64,000 nt of DNA, taken from Candidatus Hydrothermarchaeum profundi. GTDB taxonomy: Archaea > Hydrothermarchaeota > Hydrothermarchaeia > Hydrothermarchaeales > Hydrothermarchaeaceae. The position numbers and the translations under genes were made by a program. Within the stretch, counting starts at the first letter, position 1. The number at the start of each line of letters is the position of its first letter. The stretch spans positions 648,889 through 712,888 of the forward strand of contig MTMF02000009.1 of assembly GCA_002011125.2 (NCBI GenBank). Direction: 5' to 3'. The notes beneath the pieces were generated by a model that searched no databases, had not been told where the DNA came from, and worked only from the letters and a program-made list of their open reading frames with translations. This document shows, one piece after another, positions 55,746 to 64,000 of this stretch.

Positions 55746-56949
55746 AAAATGATAAAAAATATAGTATAGTAGGCACCATTAACACAGACATACAATGTGA
55801 CCTTTTTATGCCGCAGAGAGGCGTAATGAAACCTATTGATGTTGCTGTAACAGCGATTATGAGACCTTTTACGCCTGTTATACCTAGGATTAAAATAGTC
55901 AAGAATATTACTACAGTGCTAGATAGCTTTGCGTAGTCTATCTTTTTCACGTATCTAATGGATATTTTAGCTAACCCTAGCGTTATTCCAACTGCAAGTG
56001 AAGTGGTTAGCATTACCAGCGAGATTACCAGCAGAAAATCCGTATAAGTGAAGTCTCTCAGAATATATTCTACGGCGATAGAGGCACCACTTCTCGGATT
56101 ATTTATCAGGTACAATGCAAGTATAGCGTATATGGACGCACTGGTATTAACACCTCCTTGGGCTACTAGAAACTGTTTTTCGTTCTTTTTTCCCAAGATA
56201 TTTTGCACTATTAGAGCGCTTTGAGATGCCCCAATACTGGGGAGAAGACCTGCCAATAGTCCAGCTACGGATCCTATTCCTATGCCTTTTGCGTACAATT
56301 CCTGTGGGGAGCTTATAATTTGTTCTGGAGGATTAGACTTGGTCTTTAGAGACATGAGCAATGTTGAGAATCCAAAGAGCCCAGTTAAGGCTGGGAACAA
56401 TGAGAATTTTGGTGCTAATATCTTGCCGTTTAACACGAGAATACCTAAAGCGCCTGAGTAGAGGGTAATAATAAGAGCAAAAATCTTTTTCTCCATTGTA
56501 TCCTCTATATAGATCATATAGAATATAATCCCGATTAGGATAAATGGAAGAAACCTTTTTGTAAAAGAATATAGCTCCGGGAGAGCAATTATTCCAACCG
56601 GTAAAAAAGCGCAGCTTAGGATTATAGAACCTAGGCCCCCTACTACAGTGAGCCATATAGCCTCATATCCCCTTCCTTGCATTAGTAATCTGTGTCCGGG
56701 CAGTACTGATAAGACACTATCTTCCTCTGGCGCTCCTATTAAAATAGAGGGTATATACGACACAAAGGAATGTGTAATGCTCATTGCAACAACTATTGAT
56801 ACAATCTCGCGAGGCGTGAAATATTCTAGGAGTTTTGGAAGGAATGATAAAATAACGAGCACCACGGTGTTAACATGAATGCCAGGTACTAGGCCTGTGA
56901 AAGTTCCAAGTAGAATTCCTAATAGGGCTAATACTAAAGTGGCTAGCAT
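55744..56949 (-). CDS. TctA-like (DUF112) membrane protein
   Basis: GLVPGIHVN, IPSILIGAP, SVLPGH...GRGYEA, PRSG; many TM. Confidence 0.88.
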   Translation of the reverse strand: MLATLVLALLGILLGTFTGLVPGIHVNTVVLVILSFLPKLLEYFTPREIVSIVVAMSITHSFVSYIPSILIGAPEEDSVLSVLPGHRLLMQGRGYEAIWLTVVGGLGSIILSCAFLPVGIIALPELYSFTKRFLPFILIGIIFYMIYIEDTMEKKIFALIITLYSGALGILVLNGKILAPKFSLFPALTGLFGFSTLLMSLKTKSNPPEQIISSPQELYAKGIGIGSVAGLLAGLLPSIGASQSALIVQNILGKKNEKQFLVAQGGVNTSASIYAILALYLINNPRSGASIAVEYILRDFTYTDFLLVISLVMLTTSLAVGITLGLAKISIRYVKKIDYAKLSSTVVIFLTILILGITGVKGLIIAVTATSIGFITPLCGIKRSHCMSVLMVPTILYFLSF

Positions 56950-57320
56950 CGTAAATCATCGGTGTTTCGTAGGATTAATTCTAAAGTGCCTTTGTAGTCT
57001 TCAATCTCGCCTGCGACCTCTATCTTATTCTTTTTTGATAGGCATTTTATCTTGTCTCCAAGCTTAGATGCTTGGGAACTGAATATAATCACATCTATTT
57101 TTCCCGAGGCATCTGCGACTTTTAGGAAAATGTGACCATCCTTATGAACTCTCTTTGATATTATTTGCCCCTCTATGAGTACTCTTTCCCCTATATCGTC
57201 GTAGGTAAGGTCTGCGATACTCGCATGAATAGGAGTTGAATTGAGGGATATATAATAAAGGAGGAGTACTCCAGCTGTAGAGATCAGGAATGATATGCCT
57301 ATTAGATGACGTTCTTCCAT
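56943..57320 (-). CDS. OB-fold protein with N-terminal TM helix
   Basis: V.IEG....GHIFL.V.D.SG.I...G.I..YKG.LE. Confidence 0.8.
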   Translation of the reverse strand: MEERHLIGISFLISTAGVLLLYYISLNSTPIHASIADLTYDDIGERVLIEGQIISKRVHKDGHIFLKVADASGKIDVIIFSSQASKLGDKIKCLSKKNKIEVAGEIEDYKGTLELILRNTDDLRC

Positions 57321-57367
57321 TTTATCCCAAGATCCCCCTCTACCGGTTTAATTCTATCTAATCTCGG

Positions 57368-58090
57368 CTAAATTTTTTCAAGGACCTCTATAACTCTGCT
57401 TCCCCGTAAATTAAAAAGCCCTCGTTTAGTAAGTAATTTTAATGTATCTCCTACCCTAGCGTTTATATTGTTTTCAAAAATGTATACTCCAGGCTTAGTC
57501 CCTGCCATTAGGTCGTAGTTTACTTTTACCATCATGCGCTCAGAGCTAACTTCAATTACTTTCCCGAAGGTGTAGTCCCGGCCATATTTCTTCTTAAAAA
57601 CTATCGATACTGCGCCTACTAATATAATAGAGATAGCAAAGAGATGAAGAAATTGAAATCCTACTTTTACTGTAGGCTTTATGATTTTAGTTATTAATAG
57701 GACTAGGGAGATTCCGAAGTAGGATAAGAAGAAATCTCTATAGGCTGGAAAATCGCTGGCATAATATTTTTTCAATGAGGTAAGCAGGCTTAAAAAGTAC
57801 GAGCCTATTAAAATCAATCCAACTATTATTACTTGGGAAGTTGAAAATTCGAAGATGTATATAACAGAGAGAAAGAGGAATAGCATCACAGAAATCTGGG
57901 TTTTTAGTACGGCGTAGTCTTTCTCTTCTATCCCTTTTTTTTCGAAATAATTGTAGAAGCTTATTCCAGTTTTCTCCTTTATTTTTCTAAATGCTCCTAT
58001 AACGAAGATTAGAAATCCAATTATGTAATAGGATACTCGATAGAAGAGTTTGATAACAGTCTCTCCGAGGTCCTCTATATAGCCCATCAA
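57368..58090 (-). CDS. DUF2101-like membrane protein of type IV pilus loci
   Basis: AYRDFF, KYGRDYTFG.V, YDL....KPG; position after the pilins. Confidence 0.75.
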   Translation of the reverse strand: MMGYIEDLGETVIKLFYRVSYYIIGFLIFVIGAFRKIKEKTGISFYNYFEKKGIEEKDYAVLKTQISVMLFLFLSVIYIFEFSTSQVIIVGLILIGSYFLSLLTSLKKYYASDFPAYRDFFLSYFGISLVLLITKIIKPTVKVGFQFLHLFAISIILVGAVSIVFKKKYGRDYTFGKVIEVSSERMMVKVNYDLMAGTKPGVYIFENNINARVGDTLKLLTKRGLFNLRGSRVIEVLEKI

Positions 58091-58108
58091 TAATCCCTCA
58101 ATATTTGT

Positions 58109-58588
58109 TCACCCACTTTCGAATTCAACTCTCACATAAAATTTATAATCAGAAATTGTTACACCATTGGCCCAAAGGTTGCTGTCTACCGTTGTCCAAT
58201 ATCCATTAAAACCATAGAATATGTAGTTTGTTGCGACTGCACCTAGAAATTTTCCAATATTGCTTTCAGAAGAGGGGGGATCATCCCCACCAGTTCCCAC
58301 TTTTAATGTTAGATTATAAATCTTTAAGCTATTTACCTCACCGGCGTAGGCTATTTCTACATCCTTTAACCTCCATTTATCTGTGGGATAGCTTATGTCT
58401 TGGTCAAAGCTTGTTGTATAACCCATATTCAATAGGGAAAGAGCGTAGATGCCTCCATCCCGCGCCATAGTGGTTGCCTTATTAAGAACATTTTGCTGCG
58501 AAAGATATGGAAAGAGAGATATAACGATTATGAAGAGCACTCCTGTAACTAGGATAAATTCAAGGGAAACTTGTCCTTTCTCTCCCAT
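58109..58588 (-). CDS. Type IV pilin-like protein (class III signal peptide)
   Basis: EKG/QVSLEF plus hydrophobic helix. Confidence 0.85.
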   Translation of the reverse strand: MGEKGQVSLEFILVTGVLFIIVISLFPYLSQQNVLNKATTMARDGGIYALSLLNMGYTTSFDQDISYPTDKWRLKDVEIAYAGEVNSLKIYNLTLKVGTGGDDPPSSESNIGKFLGAVATNYIFYGFNGYWTTVDSNLWANGVTISDYKFYVRVEFESG

Positions 58589-59068
58589 TTATAACACCCT
58601 AATATACGTTTGGTTAGCATAAATAATAACAAAGCTTCCATTATTTCTAATCGTAGTTTGAGGATACAATATCGTGGGATCTTCCCTCGTTATATTAGCT
58701 GGTATAATGGATATAGAAACATTCCAGACTTCCATCCCGGTTTTGCTTGAGTTTTTCGTAATATTAATAGTCCGACTGCTTGTATCTACAATTAGAGGGA
58801 GTTGAACTCCAAGTCCTTCTATCGTAGTAGAGTTAAGCAAAGTAAAATTTAGGGTAGCAGAACTCAGATATAGGCTGAATCCTTCACCATTAGCGTAGAC
58901 ATTGTTAATCGCGGTAGCCAAAAGTTCACCAATAATTCTCGCTTCACCAGCTTCTCCGATTTCTCTCGCAGTGTTCAGCCTCTCCAGATTTATGCTTACA
59001 AGTGAAGTTAGTATTATAATAGTCAGCCCAAGCACCATTATCGCTTCTAATGATATCTGGCCTCTCAT
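58589..59068 (-). CDS. Type IV pilin-like protein
   Basis: MRG/QISLEA plus hydrophobic helix; start placed at MRGQ. Confidence 0.85.
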   Translation of the reverse strand: MRGQISLEAIMVLGLTIIILTSLVSINLERLNTAREIGEAGEARIIGELLATAINNVYANGEGFSLYLSSATLNFTLLNSTTIEGLGVQLPLIVDTSSRTINITKNSSKTGMEVWNVSISIIPANITREDPTILYPQTTIRNNGSFVIIYANQTYIRVL

Positions 59069-59069
59069 T

Positions 59070-59645
59070 TTACCTTCCTCCGGGAACTCTAGCGGCAAAT
59101 CCTTGGGATGTGCAGTTATCAACAATCCATTCTAGTTCTGTTTGGGATGTAATATTCTTCCAGGAAATCACGAGAGTATAAGTGTATCCCTCATCTTCAA
59201 AAATTGGCTTTGGGGCAGTAGAGTTAGGTACATATATAGCCCACCCGGTACCAGGAAGGTCTTTTGTGAAACTATACTCCTCTTGCTTAGTGATTATGCC
59301 TTCATTACTGTACCTAATAGTTTGCACCGTAGTATTCAACACATCTCCATCCGTGCTGATGCACGATCTTATCCATATTAATGGATCTCCGGCCGGGGTC
59401 GTGCCAGAAGAGGAATATCCGGGTATATATATTCTTAATATTTTTTTTTCATAGGGGTTGGTTATTGAACTAGCATAGGTGGCTATTTGTTCTGCGACAT
59501 ATTTAGCGTCTGATACCACTCTAACGTCTCGTGTGGTGTCGACGGCTTCGAAAATATTGGAAATCGATACAGTAACCAGTATTAAGATAAAGACCCCCAT
59601 AATGAAAAGGGCCTCGATCGTTACCTCTGCTTTTTGATTAATCAC
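59070..59645 (-). CDS. Type IV pilin-like protein
   Basis: QKA/EVTIEA plus hydrophobic helix. Confidence 0.75.
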   Translation of the reverse strand: MINQKAEVTIEALFIMGVFILILVTVSISNIFEAVDTTRDVRVVSDAKYVAEQIATYASSITNPYEKKILRIYIPGYSSSGTTPAGDPLIWIRSCISTDGDVLNTTVQTIRYSNEGIITKQEEYSFTKDLPGTGWAIYVPNSTAPKPIFEDEGYTYTLVISWKNITSQTELEWIVDNCTSQGFAARVPGGR

Positions 59646-59654
59646 ACAATCACC

Positions 59655-60182
59655 TTAATCCTCAAGGGTAATCAGCACGGTAGTTCCATTTGCTGATATA
59701 CTAATTTCTGGCGAAGTTGTTGTAGCTCTATTCTCAATTTTTACTGAATAGGTGCCTGGGGAGAGATATCCACTCGAACTTTCATTGCCAGAGCTGGAAA
59801 CTCCCTCTATGGAATTTTTTCCAAGCCCTCCTGAAGAACCGTTTTTTATCAGCTCTGAAGGTACTCTGTCGGTAGTTTTCCATTTAATCCAGTAGGTGAG
59901 GATGTCGTTGTTTGGATTGTCCGAATCATAGGCAGAGATACTCCAATTTAAGCTTGAACTCTTTATGGTGACCGTCCTTATTGATCCATTTCCATTTGCT
60001 CTAACCATCTCGATTGCTTTCGAGATCTTATCCAAATTCTCCCGACTTTCAAGTATGATTGATGCATCATTACTCGCTTTGTAAACCTTGATCATTGCGG
60101 GAAAAGATATTCCTACGAATATGAGGATGAAAAAACCCATTATCAGGATCCCCTCCATCGTCATCTGTCCTTTATTATCCAT
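59655..60182 (-). CDS. Type IV pilin-like protein
   Basis: NKG/QMTMEG plus hydrophobic helix. Confidence 0.85.
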   Translation of the reverse strand: MDNKGQMTMEGILIMGFFILIFVGISFPAMIKVYKASNDASIILESRENLDKISKAIEMVRANGNGSIRTVTIKSSSLNWSISAYDSDNPNNDILTYWIKWKTTDRVPSELIKNGSSGGLGKNSIEGVSSSGNESSSGYLSPGTYSVKIENRATTTSPEISISANGTTVLITLED

Positions 60183-61254
60183 ACAACAGCACCCGTATCG
60201 CAGTAGGAATATCGCCTAAAAGCAATGAAATAGTTAACCCTATTGCTATAACTGGAGCAAAGGGCATGCTTTTTTTTATTTTTATTCTATCCTCCATCTT
60301 TCCCCTCCTGACCAGGTCTTTTAACATTTCAACTTCTTTCTGAGTCAGCCCAGCAGCACCCATTGAAATGCCCTTTCTTCTAAGTTCTGAGATATTTCCA
60401 TTTTTTACGGCATTCAGTATCTTTTCCGATAAGCTTCTCTCCTCCCTAATAATATCCTCTCCTTTGATATAAATTTCTTCTGCGGGAATCATGCCTTCTT
60501 GTAGGTTAGATATCTTTATTGTTTCTTGAAGGGCTTCCCTTCTCAAAAGTTTTATTGAATTCCAAAATATTCCAAAAATAATCATGACGACAAGTACCAA
60601 GAGATATGATGAAAAAATGAAGCCAGCTTCTGTGATGTTAGTTACCAGATAGGCTAGGGTTATCAGCAGAGATAGCGGTATAGCGAAGCTATTCCGAAGT
60701 CTATAAAGGAATATAATATATAAGACCCCAAGTATACTAACTCCGCTTTCCTTAGATATTACTATACCACTGACGAAAATCAAGGAAATTAAAGCGTACT
60801 CGCTAATATTCTTTAAAGGCTCTAAAAATCTTCTTGGATTTGTTTTAGATATTGAGAATAACAAAATAAATGGGAAGATTGCGATAAATGTATTAGCGAG
60901 GATGGATAATATAAAGGGGTAGGGTGGCAAGGCAGGGTTTAAATATTTAGCTAAAAACTCAGGGTATTTAGGAATCAGGGCAGCTATAAATAGGAACTCC
61001 TTAGCATCTCCAGCGCTCCAGCCTCCAAGGATCCAGAAAAGATATCCAATAATAAAAATAATAACAACGTTTTCTATAGTCAATACCAGAAGACTTAGGT
61101 CTCCTATATAGAGGCTATATGAGAAATATCCGGCTAACCCTAAAAAAGTTAAGGGGAAAGTAAGCTTGTTTGGGATTATTCCTTTCTTTAGGTCGGTAAA
61201 GCTGGCTATTAAAGCACCTAGGATTGCAATAGAAACAAAAAATTCTTCGATCAT
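60175..61254 (-). CDS. EppA-like prepilin peptidase (A24)
   Basis: FTDLK..IIPN and AGDAK catalytic Asp motifs, extra TM, GL...MPFAP; start placed at MIEEFF (ATGA overlap). Confidence 0.88.
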   Translation of the reverse strand: MIEEFFVSIAILGALIASFTDLKKGIIPNKLTFPLTFLGLAGYFSYSLYIGDLSLLVLTIENVVIIFIIGYLFWILGGWSAGDAKEFLFIAALIPKYPEFLAKYLNPALPPYPFILSILANTFIAIFPFILLFSISKTNPRRFLEPLKNISEYALISLIFVSGIVISKESGVSILGVLYIIFLYRLRNSFAIPLSLLITLAYLVTNITEAGFIFSSYLLVLVVMIIFGIFWNSIKLLRREALQETIKISNLQEGMIPAEEIYIKGEDIIREERSLSEKILNAVKNGNISELRRKGISMGAAGLTQKEVEMLKDLVRRGKMEDRIKIKKSMPFAPVIAIGLTISLLLGDIPTAIRVLLYG

Positions 61255-61445
61255 CGTGTGATCTTGGTTAAAGTAGCGTTTCTTTCTTTTTCCACCCAAT
61301 TCGTAGTTACATCTGCAAAGGATTTTATAGTGCCCTGCAGTGACCATATTGTAAGGGCCGCTACGACAATTCCCCCTGTAAGAAATATGAATTCTATACT
61401 AACTTGGGCTCTCTCATTGACAATGAAATCCTTCAAACGAAGCAT
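61251..61445 (-). CDS. Small class III signal peptide pilin (DUF361-like)
   Basis: ERA/QVSIEF plus hydrophobic helix; 64 aa. Confidence 0.85.
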   Translation of the reverse strand: MLRLKDFIVNERAQVSIEFIFLTGGIVVAALTIWSLQGTIKSFADVTTNWVEKERNATLTKITR

Positions 61446-61488
61446 ACTTTATTAATTTTCTCTTACAAGTATATAAAAGGGGAGTAGC

Positions 61489-61782
61489 TTAGAATGCAGA
61501 TTCTAGATCCGCTTCATTAACACTACTCTTATATTTATCTAATACCGCTTCAACTAAAATATCTCTTGCTTCCTTTGTTATTGGATGGAATATGTCTTTA
61601 AATTCTCCTCTTTTATTCTTATTGGCCGGCATGCTAACCCATAAGCCTGCCTCTCCTTCTATTACTCTTAGCCCATGCACAACATATGAATCGTCGAGGG
61701 TAACTGTGGCATAGGCTTTTAAGTTCCCTGTACCCTCCATTTTGTATATTCTAACGTCAGTTATTTCAGCCATTTGAGTCAC
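61489..61782 (-). CDS. spoVG: SpoVG family nucleic-acid-binding protein
   Basis: ITDVRI...LKAYA.VTLDD..VVHGL.VIEG..GL.VSMP...GEFKDI.HPI. Confidence 0.92.
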   Translation of the reverse strand: MTQMAEITDVRIYKMEGTGNLKAYATVTLDDSYVVHGLRVIEGEAGLWVSMPANKNKRGEFKDIFHPITKEARDILVEAVLDKYKSSVNEADLESAF

Positions 61783-61856
61783 CTGTGCTTAGTTAAAGAT
61801 TAGTGGTAAATAAAGATTATGCTAAAATTATATACCTGCTAAGCTAATATGATTTC

Positions 61857-62453
61857 ATGGACACTAGGACACTTAGGGAAATTCATCGAATGGAAAGAAT
61901 GCATGCTAAATTACAGAAGCTAGATAAGGATTTCTATGATAAAGTTGAAAACTCTATAAAAAATCTACACTCTCGATATCTAGAGCTTATGGAAAAAGGG
62001 GAGCTAACTAGGGCCGGGGTCCTGCTTGGAGAGCTAGAGAATATAAAGGCCGTGATAACTGATATTTATGAGATCAGAGAGAGGAAAATTGTTCTAGGGG
62101 CCTTAAATTATGCGCGTAGGGGAGATAGTTCTCAAATGGAGAATCTATTAGAACAGGAAAAAATTATGTTCAATAAGATCACAGAGCAACTTGGAAAAAA
62201 TCGTAAGGAGATATTGGAGAACCTCCTATCCGATAAGCCGATAAAAAAAGTACAGGACAGTGGATTACAAAGAAAAATAGAGTTTCCATTGATAACTGTT
62301 AGAATATTAGAAGATTTACCTCCTCTGGTTGGTATTGATGGTAAGATCTACGGTTCTTTCAGAAAAGAGGATATCGCCAGCTTGCCTGAGCCGAACGCTA
62401 GGGCTCTTATTAGCCGAGGGGCAGCGGAGGAAATCCGAGTCAGTTTAAGATAG
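61857..62453 (+). CDS. DNA replication GINS complex subunit (Gins51-like)
   Basis: LQKLDKDFY, IYEIRERKI, C-terminal VRILEDLP..VGIDG..YG...ED...LP.PNA..L. Confidence 0.88.
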   Translation: MDTRTLREIHRMERMHAKLQKLDKDFYDKVENSIKNLHSRYLELMEKGELTRAGVLLGELENIKAVITDIYEIRERKIVLGALNYARRGDSSQMENLLEQEKIMFNKITEQLGKNRKEILENLLSDKPIKKVQDSGLQRKIEFPLITVRILEDLPPLVGIDGKIYGSFRKEDIASLPEPNARALISRGAAEEIRVSLR

Positions 62454-62478
62454 GTCACTCCTAATTCTTCATCTATTA

Positions 62479-62835
62479 TTATCTAAGGAAGGGCAGCCGA
62501 ACTATAGCTTGTATAAAAGTACCCCATCCGATCCCCACCAGTAGGCCGACAATGAAAAATACCCATCGATTATTTAACTGACTTATAGTATTGAGTAGCA
62601 CGATTGTTGCGAATGTCAAAATAACTGCAAGAATAAATAAGGATTTCTTTTCTCTGCTGATAAATCCCCATATTCGTTCTCTTTTCTCAAGCTCTTCCTC
62701 TAGCTCATGTATTCTCCTTTCATATTCTCCAAAAACTTCAAACCTATCCTTAAATCGCTTATAGCACTCCTCCCACATCTCTAAATCTTCATCCAGTCTG
62801 CGCTTTTCCTCCTCAAGTTTTTCTTCGATGGCCAT
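62479..62835 (-). CDS. Hypothetical protein: coiled coil plus 2 TM
   Basis: Glu/Arg-rich N-terminus and two hydrophobic helices. Confidence 0.6.
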   Translation of the reverse strand: MAIEEKLEEEKRRLDEDLEMWEECYKRFKDRFEVFGEYERRIHELEEELEKRERIWGFISREKKSLFILAVILTFATIVLLNTISQLNNRWVFFIVGLLVGIGWGTFIQAIVRLPFLR

Positions 62836-62844
62836 TAAATACCC

Positions 62845-63540
62845 TCAGAATTTCCATAAAGTCATAGTCTCAAAGAAAACTCTATGGCAGCCGGTAAACG
62901 AGCACGTAGTATTAGATATTAGGCTGATGGCTTTTTTTGCTTCGGTTTCATTTCTTGATTCAATAGCTTTTTCGAGTTCTTTAAGATATTCGTCTCTCAT
63001 AAGGACTTCTGTGATCCTCGGCATTATTATGCTGACATCTTTCTTAGATTCGGTCCAATACTTTTTAAAGTCAGATAGGTGTTTTTCAGCTTCAGAAAGA
63101 TTGTCCTCTTCTATAGCTTTTTTTATGTTTCCGTACTCTACTTCCAATTTGGCCATGGAACTCCCTGCGCGAGCATGGCAGAATTTAACTCCACAGCCTC
63201 CTCCTATTTCAGCCGAGAGCAATTTTGCATCTTCTAAGTCTCCAGAGTCTAATTTTTCTCCTAGAAGCTCCAGCTCCTCTTCAAGTACAAAGAAATCCAA
63301 GTGTTCTTTACCTACAACATTTTTAGCCTTCTCATACATTTCAGTCATAGTGTGGTAGCTTTCTTCAGCTTCTTTAATATTGCCCGTGTCGAGAGCGGCT
63401 TTCATGGAAAAAAAAGCATTCTCAAAATTTTCTTGGATTTGAGTTCCATTAAGAGGAGTTGTTGGTTCGGATGGGGGAGATTGGCTAATACAGCCAATAA
63501 CAAATAACAAGAGTAGAAGAGATAACTTTTTAACATCCAT
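62845..63540 (-). CDS. Helical lipoprotein with two CX4CH motifs (putative diheme cytochrome c'-like)
   Basis: Lipobox VIGC; two similar helical repeats ending CGVKFCH and CSFTGCH. Confidence 0.6.
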   Translation of the reverse strand: MDVKKLSLLLLLFVIGCISQSPPSEPTTPLNGTQIQENFENAFFSMKAALDTGNIKEAEESYHTMTEMYEKAKNVVGKEHLDFFVLEEELELLGEKLDSGDLEDAKLLSAEIGGGCGVKFCHARAGSSMAKLEVEYGNIKKAIEEDNLSEAEKHLSDFKKYWTESKKDVSIIMPRITEVLMRDEYLKELEKAIESRNETEAKKAISLISNTTCSFTGCHRVFFETMTLWKF

Positions 63541-63611
63541 ATGCGATTCCTATTTTTCTTCAAATTTATATAAATGTTATTAAAAATACTTCAGTGAAAA
63601 GGAGAGGAAAT

Positions 63612-64000
63612 ATGAAAAATTTAGGTTTATACGTTATAGGGTTCTTAATTATTTCTATACCTACCTGCAGTGCAGTTGAGCCTCTTAGGGATTGGCCTAC
63701 CTTTCAACATGATTACATGAGAACAGGATATAGTGATATAAATTCTACTGATTTAACGGCTGGAGGCTATCTATTGTGGGACTTTGAAACAGAGGGAGTT
63801 ATTCGTTCATCAGCGGCAATAGCAGACATAAATGATGACGGAGTTCAGGAGGTGATAGTTGGCTCATATGATGGGAACTTATATGCCTTATCTGGCTTAG
63901 GGAGGGAGGCTGAAGAGTTATGGAGCTTCAAAACTAAGGATTGGATTTCTTCTTCTCCTGCTGTTGTTGATTTGGATGGTGATGGTAGGTTGGAGGCGGT
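63612..64000 (+). CDS. Secreted PQQ-like/FG-GAP beta-propeller protein, partial (runs off the window)
   Basis: Manual translation: signal peptide, DWPTFQHD..RTG, LWDFET...SSAAIADINDDGVQEVIVGSYDGNLYAL repeats; SD GGAGAGG. Confidence 0.8.
   Translation, partial: MKNLGLYVIGFLIISIPTCSAVEPLRDWPTFQHDYMRTGYSDINSTDLTAGGYLLWDFETEGVIRSSAAIADINDDGVQEVIVGSYDGNLYALSGLGREAEELWSFKTKDWISSSPAVVDLDGDGRLEA

Noticed and set aside
62828-63358. 176-aa plus-strand ORF, and the other short ORFs antisense to or nested in called genes
   Set aside because: Ser/Phe-rich shadow frames of well-supported genes with no motifs of their own
1-64000. CRISPR arrays, tRNA, rRNA, transposases, integrases
   Set aside because: No regularly spaced repeats, cloverleaf or T-loop motifs, long GC-rich RNA-like segments or transposase motifs were recognised by eye

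Overview
Gene-dense, AT-rich archaeal chromosome segment. Archaeal markers: HMf-type histone, Rpo11, TFS, Csl4, Dph2, uL16, GINS, AglB, PpcA, EppA-type pilus genes. The mix of these with multiheme cytochromes suggests a euryarchaeal lineage such as Ca. Hydrothermarchaeota (inference only). Contents: a GH57/GT4 glucan region; an AglB-CysD-like-AlkP-epimerase glycosylation region; an ABC-2 exporter; GDH; purB; a PrcB-subtilase-large surface protein block; a VapBC pair; the rpl10e-ppsA-mfnA-dph2-csl4-rpoL-tfs housekeeping run; sucCD; histone/MutS-like/HDAC; a type IV pilin cluster; spoVG and GINS. The best candidate for an undescribed system is the divergent locus at 15.4-24.0 kb. One arm is thioredoxin, 10-heme cytochrome c, Rieske and cytochrome b. 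The other is a His/Cys-rich monoheme beta-propeller lipoprotein plus a Cys-Cys MacB-type ABC transporter, followed by a convergent PCuAC copper chaperone. Both promoters share an identically spaced upstream motif. Other highlights: Rpo11 with an inserted helix-hairpin-helix domain, a candidate ~65-nt sRNA with an anti-SD-like tail, a tandem CX4CH helical cytochrome, and small Cys-rich ORFs missing from the ORF track. No rRNA, tRNA, CRISPR array or transposase was recognised. All calls are by-eye motif recognition; no database search was run.
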